Shown here: piece by piece, positions 36,498 through 45,250 of the stretch | Position numbering within the stretch: the stretch's first letter is position 1 | How the letters are laid out: each line of letters opens with the position of its first letter | Assembly (NCBI GenBank): GCA_009701845.1 | Contig: WLJI01000001.1 | Coordinates: forward strand, 1-53,876 | DNA from: Actinomycetota bacterium | GTDB lineage: Bacteria > Actinomycetota > Acidimicrobiia > Acidimicrobiales > Microtrichaceae | DNA: 53,876 bases | Direction: 5' to 3' | Notes under the pieces: model-generated | The model's database searches: none | What the model was told of the DNA's origin: nothing | Seen by the model: only the letters and a program-made list of their open reading frames with translations | Position numbers and translations under genes: made by a program

Positions 36498-37670
36498 TTA
36501 GACTCTGGTCAAGCCAGCCAACTTGAGCCTGCGGTCGATAAATGAGTAGAGGTCACTGCGGATCACGTGACCCAGATGCCCGCCGGGATACCAAAGAATT
36601 TCTGGTCGTTCCCAATGCTCCCAAAGCGGGGCTACTTGGTCGACTGGGTCAATAAGTCTGTCTGCAAGACCACCAACAATTGCTCGGGCTGCAACTGCTG
36701 TACTTGGGGTGAAGCTGAGTGGCGAGACCACCGAATGCAGCAGTTGGGAGTCCTCGAAGAACGGCTCCATCTGCTCACGAAGAGCAGGGGGAGACTGCTG
36801 AATAAATAACCCCGGAAAGTCAGTGGCCGGAATTATCGGAAGTACGCATTGCAACGGCTCTACTTCTAGGCCAGCCACGAGCGCTGCGATATACCCCCCG
36901 AGCGAGACTCCCAGGACTCCAATGCCGGTTGGCTCTTGGGTGCGAACCCAAGACAACAAACGCCGAACATCCCAAGCTGCTTGAGCAATCCCGTTGACAT
37001 TGTCGAGCACATCAAGTGTGGGGAACCGCGCCTCAGTGCCTTTTGGCGCCTGCCGGGGGCCATGCAAGGGAAGAATTGCAACCACCACATTGCAGCCAAG
37101 CTCGGCGTACAGATGCCTCACTCTGAACGATCGCAGGTCGGTGTCTGCACCTTGGCCCGTGCCATGAATACACATCACCCACGGGCGATTGCCCGACTTG
37201 TGGCGCATGACGGTGGCACGGCCCAAGGAGTTTTCTTGGTACTGCATCCAGCGCTGGCGGCCTGGCACCCCGGCCGGCGGCTTAAACCCACTCGGAAACT
37301 TCACTCGCTCAACACGCATGCCTGCAGCACGGCTTGGCCGAATAATTGGGTCGAGTAAGGGTGGCGGCTGCGGGTGGTACGAGCGAGGGTCATCAATCCA
37401 GCCTTTGGATTTAAATACCGCAGCAGCCCGCTGAGTCTCTGTTGCAATGCGACGCATTTGCTCGGCATCTGGCGGGTTGCGCAGCCTGCCAAACGCTGCG
37501 CGAACTAGCTGATCGGCAACAACATGGGCCCGATAGCTAGGAGTGACCCGCGCCTTTGGCACCCCGGCATTTTCTCTTCGCCCACCTGCGGTTGCTGGCT
37601 CTGCGCCGTTTTGATCTTTGCTCTGACCGCGGTTCTCCTCGCTCTGGTCAGAGGAGTCAGTAGCAACCAT
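36498..37670 (-). CDS. Alpha/beta hydrolase
   Basis: CIHG, LPLHGPR, nucleophile GVSLGG, ADRL and GGH. Confidence 0.85.
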   Translation of the reverse strand: MVATDSSDQSEENRGQSKDQNGAEPATAGGRRENAGVPKARVTPSYRAHVVADQLVRAAFGRLRNPPDAEQMRRIATETQRAAAVFKSKGWIDDPRSYHPQPPPLLDPIIRPSRAAGMRVERVKFPSGFKPPAGVPGRQRWMQYQENSLGRATVMRHKSGNRPWVMCIHGTGQGADTDLRSFRVRHLYAELGCNVVVAILPLHGPRQAPKGTEARFPTLDVLDNVNGIAQAAWDVRRLLSWVRTQEPTGIGVLGVSLGGYIAALVAGLEVEPLQCVLPIIPATDFPGLFIQQSPPALREQMEPFFEDSQLLHSVVSPLSFTPSTAVAARAIVGGLADRLIDPVDQVAPLWEHWERPEILWYPGGHLGHVIRSDLYSFIDRRLKLAGLTRV

Positions 37671-37709
37671 GGTGGACTCAGTTTACTTTGCGGCTCTAGC
37701 GAATCGGCA

Positions 37710-38768
37710 TCAGTCGCAGCGCCTTTGGGTGAGCAATCTTACCAGTCCGGTGCATTCCACGAGCGCTGGTGGGCCGACGTCAACTGCCCCCACCACTACC
37801 TGTGCGCGCCGCACCACATGCCCATCAGGTTGCGTTCCCATATCTTCAAAGTCTGTTTCGCACCAGACCCCAGAGAGCTCACAACCCGCTATTGCATCGA
37901 TCGGGCGCCAGACAGCCCACCGATCAAAATGATCAACATCAAGACCTGTGTCGGTTGAGATTCCAAGTGTGACTGGCACTGTGTGATCCGCAAGGAGCCA
38001 AGGACGAGCTTTGCGATCGGACCTCACCAAAAGATGAGTAGCTCGGCCAGCGGGAAGCGTTACTGATTCCACAAGATCATTGGCGATTCGCATGTCGACT
38101 AGGTAGTCCTCGTCAAAGGTGACTGCCAGCATCCGTGCGTGAGTGGGTAGATCAATCGCTGCAGTTCCAACCTCGTAGGGAAAGCTAGGAGCGAATAAGA
38201 CCGACCACATCGCGGTGCTGCCCCAGCCCCGTTGCTCGCCGAGCTGCATCATTCGCGGGGTCATGCCACCACCCCAGCTGTGGCCAACAAATCCTGCCCG
38301 ATCGGTGTCGGCCCTAGGAGTTGCTGCGGCCCCTGCAACGAACCCCGCGTTCACTGCCTTGTACTGCTGCGGTGGATCAAATGCGATCTGGAAGCCCGGG
38401 TAGATCACAATAAATCCGTTGCTCACGAGATGCTTCATCAACGCGGTGTAGCCCTCTGTGAAGCTAGCGGTATAGCCATGTGCAAAAAAGATGACGGGTC
38501 GAGATGCATCGTTGCAACTGCCGCCGGTGAACGGCCGGCCGGACCCCGAAGGCTCAAAGATATGTACCGGCAGCTGCCACTCTGCAGGGTTCGCAACGGC
38601 TCGGCGGGGCAACATGGAACAGGGGCCATCGGAGCCAGCAAGGTCAGCTGCTACGGGCGGCGGCGACGACGTGGCACAGGAAACGCCGAGCAGCGTCAGC
38701 GCACAGCCAACAGCGGCAGCAAGCACTGCCCGACCCTGAGAAAATATGGGTGATCTAGTTGCAGACAT
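37710..38768 (-). CDS. Secreted lipoprotein alpha/beta hydrolase (chlorophyllase/cutinase/polyesterase-like)
   Basis: Signal with GVSC lipobox, oxyanion-loop HGYTA, GHSWGGG, and candidate Asp (DED) and His (ADH). Confidence 0.8.
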   Translation of the reverse strand: MSATRSPIFSQGRAVLAAAVGCALTLLGVSCATSSPPPVAADLAGSDGPCSMLPRRAVANPAEWQLPVHIFEPSGSGRPFTGGSCNDASRPVIFFAHGYTASFTEGYTALMKHLVSNGFIVIYPGFQIAFDPPQQYKAVNAGFVAGAAATPRADTDRAGFVGHSWGGGMTPRMMQLGEQRGWGSTAMWSVLFAPSFPYEVGTAAIDLPTHARMLAVTFDEDYLVDMRIANDLVESVTLPAGRATHLLVRSDRKARPWLLADHTVPVTLGISTDTGLDVDHFDRWAVWRPIDAIAGCELSGVWCETDFEDMGTQPDGHVVRRAQVVVGAVDVGPPALVECTGLVRLLTQRRCD

Positions 38769-38871
38769 CGCAGTACCCCCGCACAGAAGGTAGCCGGTTA
38801 GGCCGGTGCAGGTCACGCCAGTGCGGGTCACGCTGGTACACGCCCGTGGGATTCGCAGGTACAGTCCGAAG

Positions 38872-39303
38872 ATGCCTAGCGATGCTCTTATGAAAGCAAT
38901 GAACTCCGCTCACCGTGTGTTGCTCACCATCAGCGGCGGCAAGATTGGGTGGAGTGCTCAGTCCATGCCGGTCATTGAACTCACCACAATTGGTCGCAAG
39001 AGCGGCCAAGAGCGTGTTGTTCTGCTGACATCTCCCTTGCAAGAGGGAAGCACGCTCGTGATCGTTGCCTCACGAGGCGGCGATGACCGGCATCCTGCTT
39101 GGTACCTCAACTTGGTGCAGAACCCACAGGTGGGGGTTGTGCTGAAAGGCGAACCCAAGGTGCAGATGAACGCACGGGTTGCTAGTTCACAGGAGCGGGC
39201 CCGTTTGTGGCCGCTCGTCACCTCAGACCACAAGAACTATGCGGGATACCAGTCCAAGACTGATCGAGAGATCCCGCTCGTGCTGCTTGAGCCCATCAGC
39301 TGA
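38872..39303 (+). CDS. F420-dependent nitroreductase-family (Ddn-like) oxidoreductase
   Basis: LTTIGRKSG, VASRGG, HPAWYLNL, YAGYQ and REIPLV. Confidence 0.93.
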   Translation: MPSDALMKAMNSAHRVLLTISGGKIGWSAQSMPVIELTTIGRKSGQERVVLLTSPLQEGSTLVIVASRGGDDRHPAWYLNLVQNPQVGVVLKGEPKVQMNARVASSQERARLWPLVTSDHKNYAGYQSKTDREIPLVLLEPIS

Positions 39304-39325
39304 ACCAAAAAAATCGGACGCTCAA

Positions 39326-39451
39326 TTAGAGCTTGACGTCACCCTCGGTAGTCGCGAGGAGCCAGCCCGCCCGAACCTGCTGGCTGATCTGCTGGCCAAT
39401 CTGCGTTGACCGGTTGAGCGTTGCCGTTACCAAATTTCCGATCGTGTTCAT
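39326..39451 (-). CDS. Putative 41-aa small protein (MNTIGNLVTATLNRSTQIGQQISQQVRAGWLLATTEGDVKL)
   Basis: Translated by hand. Strong RBS ggggag 7 nt before the ATG; a weak hairpin and T7 tract follow the stop. Confidence 0.45.
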   Translation of the reverse strand: MNTIGNLVTATLNRSTQIGQQISQQVRAGWLLATTEGDVKL

Positions 39452-39695
39452 CCTGGTCTCCCCTAGTGCTGTTCAGTAGTCCGCGAGGACGTTGCCCTCG
39501 CGCCAGTAGTTCTTGCAGGTCTCCCATCGGCAGCCCCGGCATGCCCGTGAGGCTTTTGCCGAAGTTTCTCGCTGCGATCCTTCCCTCACCCAATCCTGAA
39601 CCTGTTCTTACCCGCCTTTTAACTACCGCAGCCAAAGTGGCAAACAACAACGAGCTGTGCCAGCACAGCCCCAGAACAGGTTGGAGCCGGTAGCG

Positions 39696-41618
39696 ATGAA
39701 GCCCACAAACAGCAGGCCCTCAGATGAGTCACAGGCACAAGCACAGACACAGCCACAGCCTTCGAGACCTTCGACTTGGTCCCGAAGGGACTTTGTGAGA
39801 GGCACTGGCCTGAGCGCTGGAGTGCTCGTGTCAGCAGCGGCATGCGCTCCGGGGACTCCGCCGCCACAAAATCCTCCATCGACCACGACGCCTGGAACCA
39901 CTGGGCCGACTCCCGATCTGAATCTGGCAAATATTCAGGGAAACATCCTTGGCGGGTTCAACAAAGACCACCAGCGGATGCTGTTTTTTACATTTCCTGC
40001 CGGCGCTGCTGCTCGGCGACTGCTCGCCACCCTGCAGGAGCAGGTTGCAAGCTCTGAAGAAGTTCTTGCCTTTAATGCCAAATACAAAGCAGCGGCGAAC
40101 GCTGGTGGATCCCTACCCGCTGCCACCTGGCTCAATCTGGCACTCACACATTCGGGGTTGCTCGCACTCGGAGTGTCTCAGTCTGACTTGCGAGCATTTC
40201 CCGACTCGTTCCGCCAAGGCATGCGCGCTCGCTCAGGTTTGATCGGCGATTCCGGTGCCTCTGCCCCCACCCATTGGATCACCAGCAGCACCGATCACGC
40301 TGTGGTGATTCTTGCCGCTGACCACGTGAGCGAGCTTGACGACGCAGCCCGACTCGCAACAGCGCAGATCGAGGAAGCGGGCGGGAACGTAACGTTCGAT
40401 CAGGCGGGATCGGCCCGTGAGGACGAGCCGGGTCATGAGCATTTTGGGTTCAAAGACGGTGTGTCACAACCAGGGATCAGGGGCGTGACCACACCCAATA
40501 ATCCCCAGAATCCAAATCAAGGAGTCCCCGGCCAAGACCTTCTCTGGCCCGGCGAGTTTGTACTCGGGTACCCAACTCAGATTCCAACAGGAGATGGGAT
40601 CAACCTGCAGCCTGGACCGCTAGCTCTGTCTGGTCCTGCTTGGACAACTGATGGAAGCTACCTAGTTTTTCGACGGCTTCAGCAAGATGTCCCTGGGTTT
40701 CACAACTATGTGAGCAGCACCGCCACAGCAGCGGGAATGACTACTGACCTTCTTGGCGCCAAGCTTGTTGGTCGCTACAAATCGGGCTGCCCGCTAGAGC
40801 ACACAGACGACCAAGCAGCAGGACTCGATACCCAGATAGCTGACCCCTCTCTTCGAGATGCCACGCTTCTACAGGAGACCAAGATTAATAACTTCGAGTT
40901 CGGAGGCGATCCGAACGGCAACGTGTGCCCACGATCTTCACACATTCGCAAGAGCTACCCACGCGACGACCAAACCCCAACGGGTGGCGAGGCAGCTAGC
41001 CAGACTCATCGCATTTTGCGGCGCGGGATTCCCTATGGGGCTTCCTACCTTGCTGGTTCAACGAGTGGAGCGAACTCTGCCGATGTTGCCTTTCCCAACG
41101 ATCGCGGCCTGCTGTTCTTGTGTTATCAGTCCTCTATTGAGCGGCAGTTTGAGTTCATTCAGAACCGTTGGGCGAACGACCCGAACTTTCCCACCCGAGG
41201 ATCAGGTGAAGACCCGATCATTTCCCAGAGTGCCTCGGGTGCCTTCCAACTACCAGGCTCCGCAGCACACCAAGTAACGCTGCAGGGTTTCGTGACCACC
41301 ACGGGTGGCGACTACTACTTTCAGCCTTCCATCGAGGCGTTGCAGTTGCTGGCCACACCACAGCAGGCAGCAACGCCAACCGCACCCAACCAGCCTGCTT
41401 CCCAGCCCGCACAGCAACCTCAGGTGCAACAACCAGCAGGACAGCAGCCGCCGAGCCGCACAGCAGCGCAGAGGCAACCTGCGCAGTCCCAAAATCAGGG
41501 CAGCCAAAACCAGGGCGGCCGAGCCAACGGCGGGCAGAATCAGGGCGGGCGAGACCCGGTCGGCCGGAATCAGGCCGGTCAGAATCGAACTGGCCGCCTA
41601 CCTCGAGACTCTGCGTAA
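39696..41618 (+). CDS. Dye-decolorizing (DyP-type) peroxidase, Tat lipoprotein with a Q/G/N-rich tail
   Basis: SRRDFV plus AAAC, NIQGNIL, EHFGFKDGVSQP (GxxDG), GSYLVFRRLQQ, SHIRK and ILRRGIPYG. Confidence 0.93.
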   Translation: MKPTNSRPSDESQAQAQTQPQPSRPSTWSRRDFVRGTGLSAGVLVSAAACAPGTPPPQNPPSTTTPGTTGPTPDLNLANIQGNILGGFNKDHQRMLFFTFPAGAAARRLLATLQEQVASSEEVLAFNAKYKAAANAGGSLPAATWLNLALTHSGLLALGVSQSDLRAFPDSFRQGMRARSGLIGDSGASAPTHWITSSTDHAVVILAADHVSELDDAARLATAQIEEAGGNVTFDQAGSAREDEPGHEHFGFKDGVSQPGIRGVTTPNNPQNPNQGVPGQDLLWPGEFVLGYPTQIPTGDGINLQPGPLALSGPAWTTDGSYLVFRRLQQDVPGFHNYVSSTATAAGMTTDLLGAKLVGRYKSGCPLEHTDDQAAGLDTQIADPSLRDATLLQETKINNFEFGGDPNGNVCPRSSHIRKSYPRDDQTPTGGEAASQTHRILRRGIPYGASYLAGSTSGANSADVAFPNDRGLLFLCYQSSIERQFEFIQNRWANDPNFPTRGSGEDPIISQSASGAFQLPGSAAHQVTLQGFVTTTGGDYYFQPSIEALQLLATPQQAATPTAPNQPASQPAQQPQVQQPAGQQPPSRTAAQRQPAQSQNQGSQNQGGRANGGQNQGGRDPVGRNQAGQNRTGRLPRDSA

Positions 41619-41667
41619 CTCGCTAGCAGTTCACAAGATCGACGCGGAAACGCCCCTAGAGGATGCG

Positions 41668-44037
41668 TTATTGCTCGGCAAGTAACGCAGCCACCTCGGC
41701 GGCAGGGTTGCTCACCGCTTCGCCCGACAGATCAACTTCCAAGCTGCGAAGTGTGCCGGTAAAAGCAAACGGTGGCTCATAGGCGGACGGATCGATGGTG
41801 TCGAACGCCGCGTACCCGCAACTCACACCCGTGGTAGAGAAGAGATTTGGAACGGTGTAGGGCAGCGAGGCGGATCCAACGAGATCGCCGTCTACAAAGA
41901 GCCGCACATCTGCCGGAGTTCCGTGGCCTTCTAAGAAGTTGGCGGCACCCGTGGGCGTGAACTCCATGCGAATCTCATGATCTCCGGGAAGAATCTGCTG
42001 TTCGCTCGCGACCCGAAAATGGGTCAGGCCCAAATAATTGTGCACGTACCTCAGGTGGCCGTCGGCCACAAAAACTGCGTAGCCGCCGTGGCGATTGCCG
42101 TGAGAGATCAGAACTCCTTCTGCACCGCCTTCGGGAATGGTCAGCTGCGCAACCACCGCGTGAGCCCGGTTGTAGACCCGAGGGGCCCCCGTGAACGGCA
42201 GCGGCGCGCCACCCGGGTTGAGCTTGACCACTTTTTGGCTCCCGCCAACTGCGGGTCGACGGGCAGTCAGGCGCCTCATATCTCCTGTTGCGATTGGAAG
42301 CACGTTGTACTTCTCTGCTTCCTCCCACCACAAAGAACGCAACTCAGCCAAACGCTCAGGTTGCTCTGCCGCAAGGTTGTGGCACTCCGACGGGTCGGCC
42401 ACGAGGTTGTACAACTCCCAGTCCTCGGCCTCGAGCTTGTCAAGGATGGCCTCGGTCAAGAAGGTGCCAAACGGGTGACCGAGCTCTGCACCTTCGGCCA
42501 AACTTGGCCCAGGGTACGGGCAGACAGCTTTCCACCCCTCGTGATAGATCGAGCGGTGTCCGAACATCTCGAAGTACTGCGTTCGGTGACGATCCTCGGC
42601 GTCGGCATCAGCAAATGTTGGCAGCAAACTCACGCCCTGCACCTGCGACTGTGTCACCCCGCGAACGGTTTCGGGTGCAGTAATTCCAATTGCTTCAAGC
42701 AGTGTGGGAACCATGTCGATTGCGTGCACGTACTGCTGGCGAACTTCGCCACGGGCAGCAATTCCGGCAGGCCACGAGATGATGCACGGGTCTGTGATGC
42801 CACCTCGGTACGTCTCTCGCTTCCAGCGGCGAAACGGTGTGTCGCCGGCCCAAGTCCATCCCCATGAGTAGTGGTTGAACGTATTCTCGCTTCCCCACTC
42901 ATCGATCACTTCTAGATTGTCTTCGAGCGTCTGAGGGGCCAGATTGAAGAACATGCCCTCGTTACGAGTGCCGTGTTCGCCACCTTCGGCGCTAGCGCCG
43001 TTGTCTGAGACCGCTATGACGAGTGTGTTTTCTGACTCACCGAGTGCCTCGATGGCGTCAAGGACGCGGCCAATATGGAAGTCCGTCTGAGTGATGAACC
43101 CTGCGTACACCTCCATCTGCCGGGCGTACATGCGCTTCGCATCTTCGGTGAGTGAATCCCACGGTGCAACGTCTGGGTCGCGTTCGGACAACTCGGTCCC
43201 GGGAGCCAAGAGTCCGAGTTCACGCTGACGCTCAAAGACCGTCTTGCGGTACTCATCCCAGCCCGAATCGAATGCACCTTTGTAGGGCTCAATCCATTGC
43301 GCTTCTACCTGATGGGGTGCGTGCCCGGTGCCCGGCGCAAACCACAAAAAGAATGGTTTGTCGGGTGCGCTCGAATGTGCATCCGCAAGGTAATTAATGG
43401 CTCGATCAGCCAAGTCAACGTTGAGGTGATATCCCTCGGCCGGGGTAGATGGCTGAGGCACGTAATGGTTGTCGTGAACCAAGTCTGGATGGAACTGATC
43501 AGTATCGCCGCCGAGGAACCCGTAAAAACCCTCGAACCCACGAGCCAAGGGCCAGCGGTTGAACGGCCCTGCGGGGGTAGTTTCCTGCGAGGGAGTCAGA
43601 TGCCACTTGCCCACAGCGAAGGTGTTGTAGCCCTGCTCAACGAGCACCTCGGAGATGAACCCGTGCTCAAAGCCCATCGTGCCGTTCAAACCGGGATACC
43701 CCATCGAGAGCTCGGTAATCGCTCCGAGCCCCAAGCTGTGATGGTTACGGCCAGTCAGCAAGCACCCGCGCGTGGGCGAGCACAGTGCTGTGGTTTGAAA
43801 GTTGGAGTAGCGCAGACCGTTGTCTGCGAGCCGATCCAGATTGGGCGTCTCGCAAAGACCACCGAACGCGGAAAGCTGCCCGTAGCCAACGTCGTCCAAC
43901 ACGATCATGACAATGTTGGGCGCTCCTGCGGGCGGCTGCGGACGCGCCGGCCATGCGGGGGTTGAAGTTTCTGCAGTGCGGCCGATTTTGCCTGGAAACG
44001 GCTCGCCAGCCTCGTAGGTCACAAAGGGTTCAGCCAT
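41668..44037 (-). CDS. Arylsulfatase (formylglycine type) with a C-terminal ConA/LamG-like domain
   Basis: PNIVMIVLDDVG, CSPTR, GKWHL, HAPH and SDNGAS. Confidence 0.93.
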   Translation of the reverse strand: MAEPFVTYEAGEPFPGKIGRTAETSTPAWPARPQPPAGAPNIVMIVLDDVGYGQLSAFGGLCETPNLDRLADNGLRYSNFQTTALCSPTRGCLLTGRNHHSLGLGAITELSMGYPGLNGTMGFEHGFISEVLVEQGYNTFAVGKWHLTPSQETTPAGPFNRWPLARGFEGFYGFLGGDTDQFHPDLVHDNHYVPQPSTPAEGYHLNVDLADRAINYLADAHSSAPDKPFFLWFAPGTGHAPHQVEAQWIEPYKGAFDSGWDEYRKTVFERQRELGLLAPGTELSERDPDVAPWDSLTEDAKRMYARQMEVYAGFITQTDFHIGRVLDAIEALGESENTLVIAVSDNGASAEGGEHGTRNEGMFFNLAPQTLEDNLEVIDEWGSENTFNHYSWGWTWAGDTPFRRWKRETYRGGITDPCIISWPAGIAARGEVRQQYVHAIDMVPTLLEAIGITAPETVRGVTQSQVQGVSLLPTFADADAEDRHRTQYFEMFGHRSIYHEGWKAVCPYPGPSLAEGAELGHPFGTFLTEAILDKLEAEDWELYNLVADPSECHNLAAEQPERLAELRSLWWEEAEKYNVLPIATGDMRRLTARRPAVGGSQKVVKLNPGGAPLPFTGAPRVYNRAHAVVAQLTIPEGGAEGVLISHGNRHGGYAVFVADGHLRYVHNYLGLTHFRVASEQQILPGDHEIRMEFTPTGAANFLEGHGTPADVRLFVDGDLVGSASLPYTVPNLFSTTGVSCGYAAFDTIDPSAYEPPFAFTGTLRSLEVDLSGEAVSNPAAEVAALLAEQ

Positions 44038-44205
44038 GCTTCACTGCGATTCTGTTCATGGCAAAGACTGTATATGCATCGCCTGTGCTTATTTTATCCG
44101 CGTGATAGAAACTGAGGGCTTATAGATCGGCCACGGCCGCCTCGAGCTCTAGAGCGCAGATAGCCAAGGACTACCCGCAGTATCTGACTACAGAAAGAGC
44201 TCAGC

Positions 44206-44310
44206 ATGATTGTTGCACTAGTTGCCATTGGAGCCGCAGTTCTAGCTGCCGGGGGTGCAGCGCTGGGGTGGGTCAAGAAGTCCCGGTCCAAGACAGACTC
44301 AGAAGCCTAG
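44206..44310 (+). CDS. Putative 34-aa single-TM microprotein (MIVALVAIGAAVLAAGGAALGWVKKSRSKTDSEA)
   Basis: Translated by hand. RBS-like agaaagag, a 22-aa hydrophobic stretch then a basic tail; 63 bp upstream of heliorhodopsin on the same strand. Confidence 0.55.
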   Translation: MIVALVAIGAAVLAAGGAALGWVKKSRSKTDSEA

Positions 44311-44373
44311 AGAGGGCCTCGAATCAGGCGATGGTGCCGCTGAGTCTGGGGTTGGCTGGGCTAGACATACGTC

Positions 44374-45198
44374 ATGAATTCCCAAGCAAGCACCACTGCA
44401 GCTACCGGCGCCGCCGCAACAAGGAGCGACCCTGGGGGGAATGAAGTCTCAGTTCGCAAGCTCCGTATCGGGAACACCGTTGTTGGGTTGATCTTCTTGG
44501 TGCAGGTCATCGCCATCCTGCTCCTTTCAAATGACTTTTCGATTCCTGTTGTCGCCACTTATCAAAACGGTCCGCCGGGAACCCCAGGCACTGGCGAGAC
44601 CTTTACGATGTTTCAGGTTCGCTTTGGATGGGCCATAGCGTTTTTCTTGGCTCTTGCTGCAGCAGACCATCTTCTGATGGCGACTCCGAAGATAAATGGC
44701 TGGTACGAGCGCCAGCTTGCACAAGGCCGAAACACCGCTCGCTGGGTTGAGTACTCCATCAGTTCTTCAGTGATGATCGTGTTGATCTGCCTTTTGACCG
44801 GCATCAACGACATCTATGCACTCGTTGCAATATTTGGCGTGAACGCTGCGATGATCTTGTTCGGCCTGCTCATGGAACGCATCAACCCAGATCGAACCTC
44901 GGTTGACTGGTGGCCGTTCATCTTTGGTTGCATTGCTGGAATCGTCCCGTGGATTGCAATCACCTTGGCCATTGTGGGCGCTCAGCAGAAGTACTCGGGT
45001 GTTCCTGGCTTTGTGTTTGCGATCTTTATCTCACTGTTTATTTTGTTCAATTGTTTTGCCATTAACCAGCTGTTGCAATACCGCAACCGGGGCCGCTTTA
45101 TGAACTACCGGTTTGGCGAGTATGCATTCATCATTCTGAGTTTGATCGCAAAGAGCCTGCTGGCCTGGCAGGTCTTTAGTGGCGCCCTGTTCTCCTAA
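44374..45198 (+). CDS. Heliorhodopsin
   Basis: Extracellular-loop NGPPG, N..RWVEYSISSSVM (counterion Glu), PF.FGCIAGIVPW and retinal Lys in LSLIAKSLLAWQVF. Confidence 0.96.
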   Translation: MNSQASTTAATGAAATRSDPGGNEVSVRKLRIGNTVVGLIFLVQVIAILLLSNDFSIPVVATYQNGPPGTPGTGETFTMFQVRFGWAIAFFLALAAADHLLMATPKINGWYERQLAQGRNTARWVEYSISSSVMIVLICLLTGINDIYALVAIFGVNAAMILFGLLMERINPDRTSVDWWPFIFGCIAGIVPWIAITLAIVGAQQKYSGVPGFVFAIFISLFILFNCFAINQLLQYRNRGRFMNYRFGEYAFIILSLIAKSLLAWQVFSGALFS

Positions 45199-45250
45199 AG
45201 TCTGTTCTCTGAGGACGGTTCTCTGAGGACTGTTCTCTGAGGACTAGTTC
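45188..45250. repeat. 14-bp tandem repeat x3 (KGTTCTCTGAGGAC) filling the gap between convergent stop codons
   Basis: tgttctctgaggac / ggttctctgaggac / tgttctctgaggac, plus a degenerate copy over the heliorhodopsin stop. Confidence 0.9.

Noticed and set aside
39500-39600. GGGAA...GGAGACCTGC on the minus strand, resembling a cobalamin riboswitch 3' end
   Set aside because: The other core elements (GGTG..ATCC, CCCGCnACTGT/GCCACTG) are not visible and no B12-related gene follows. Kept only as an unassigned structured region.
39339-39650. 103-aa minus-strand ORF from the track
   Set aside because: It has no RBS or motif and runs through the hairpins. The 41-aa ORF in another frame has a much better RBS.
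41977-42867. 296-aa plus-strand ORF (also 43297-43965, 15575-16306 and 31012-31671)
   Set aside because: These lie fully antisense to well-supported genes and have no motifs, as expected for shadow ORFs in GC-rich DNA.
45188-45250. Tandem arrays (here and at 2161, 3798 and 28052) as possible CRISPR repeats
   Set aside because: Units are 14-15 bp and directly abutting, with no unique spacers and no cas genes.
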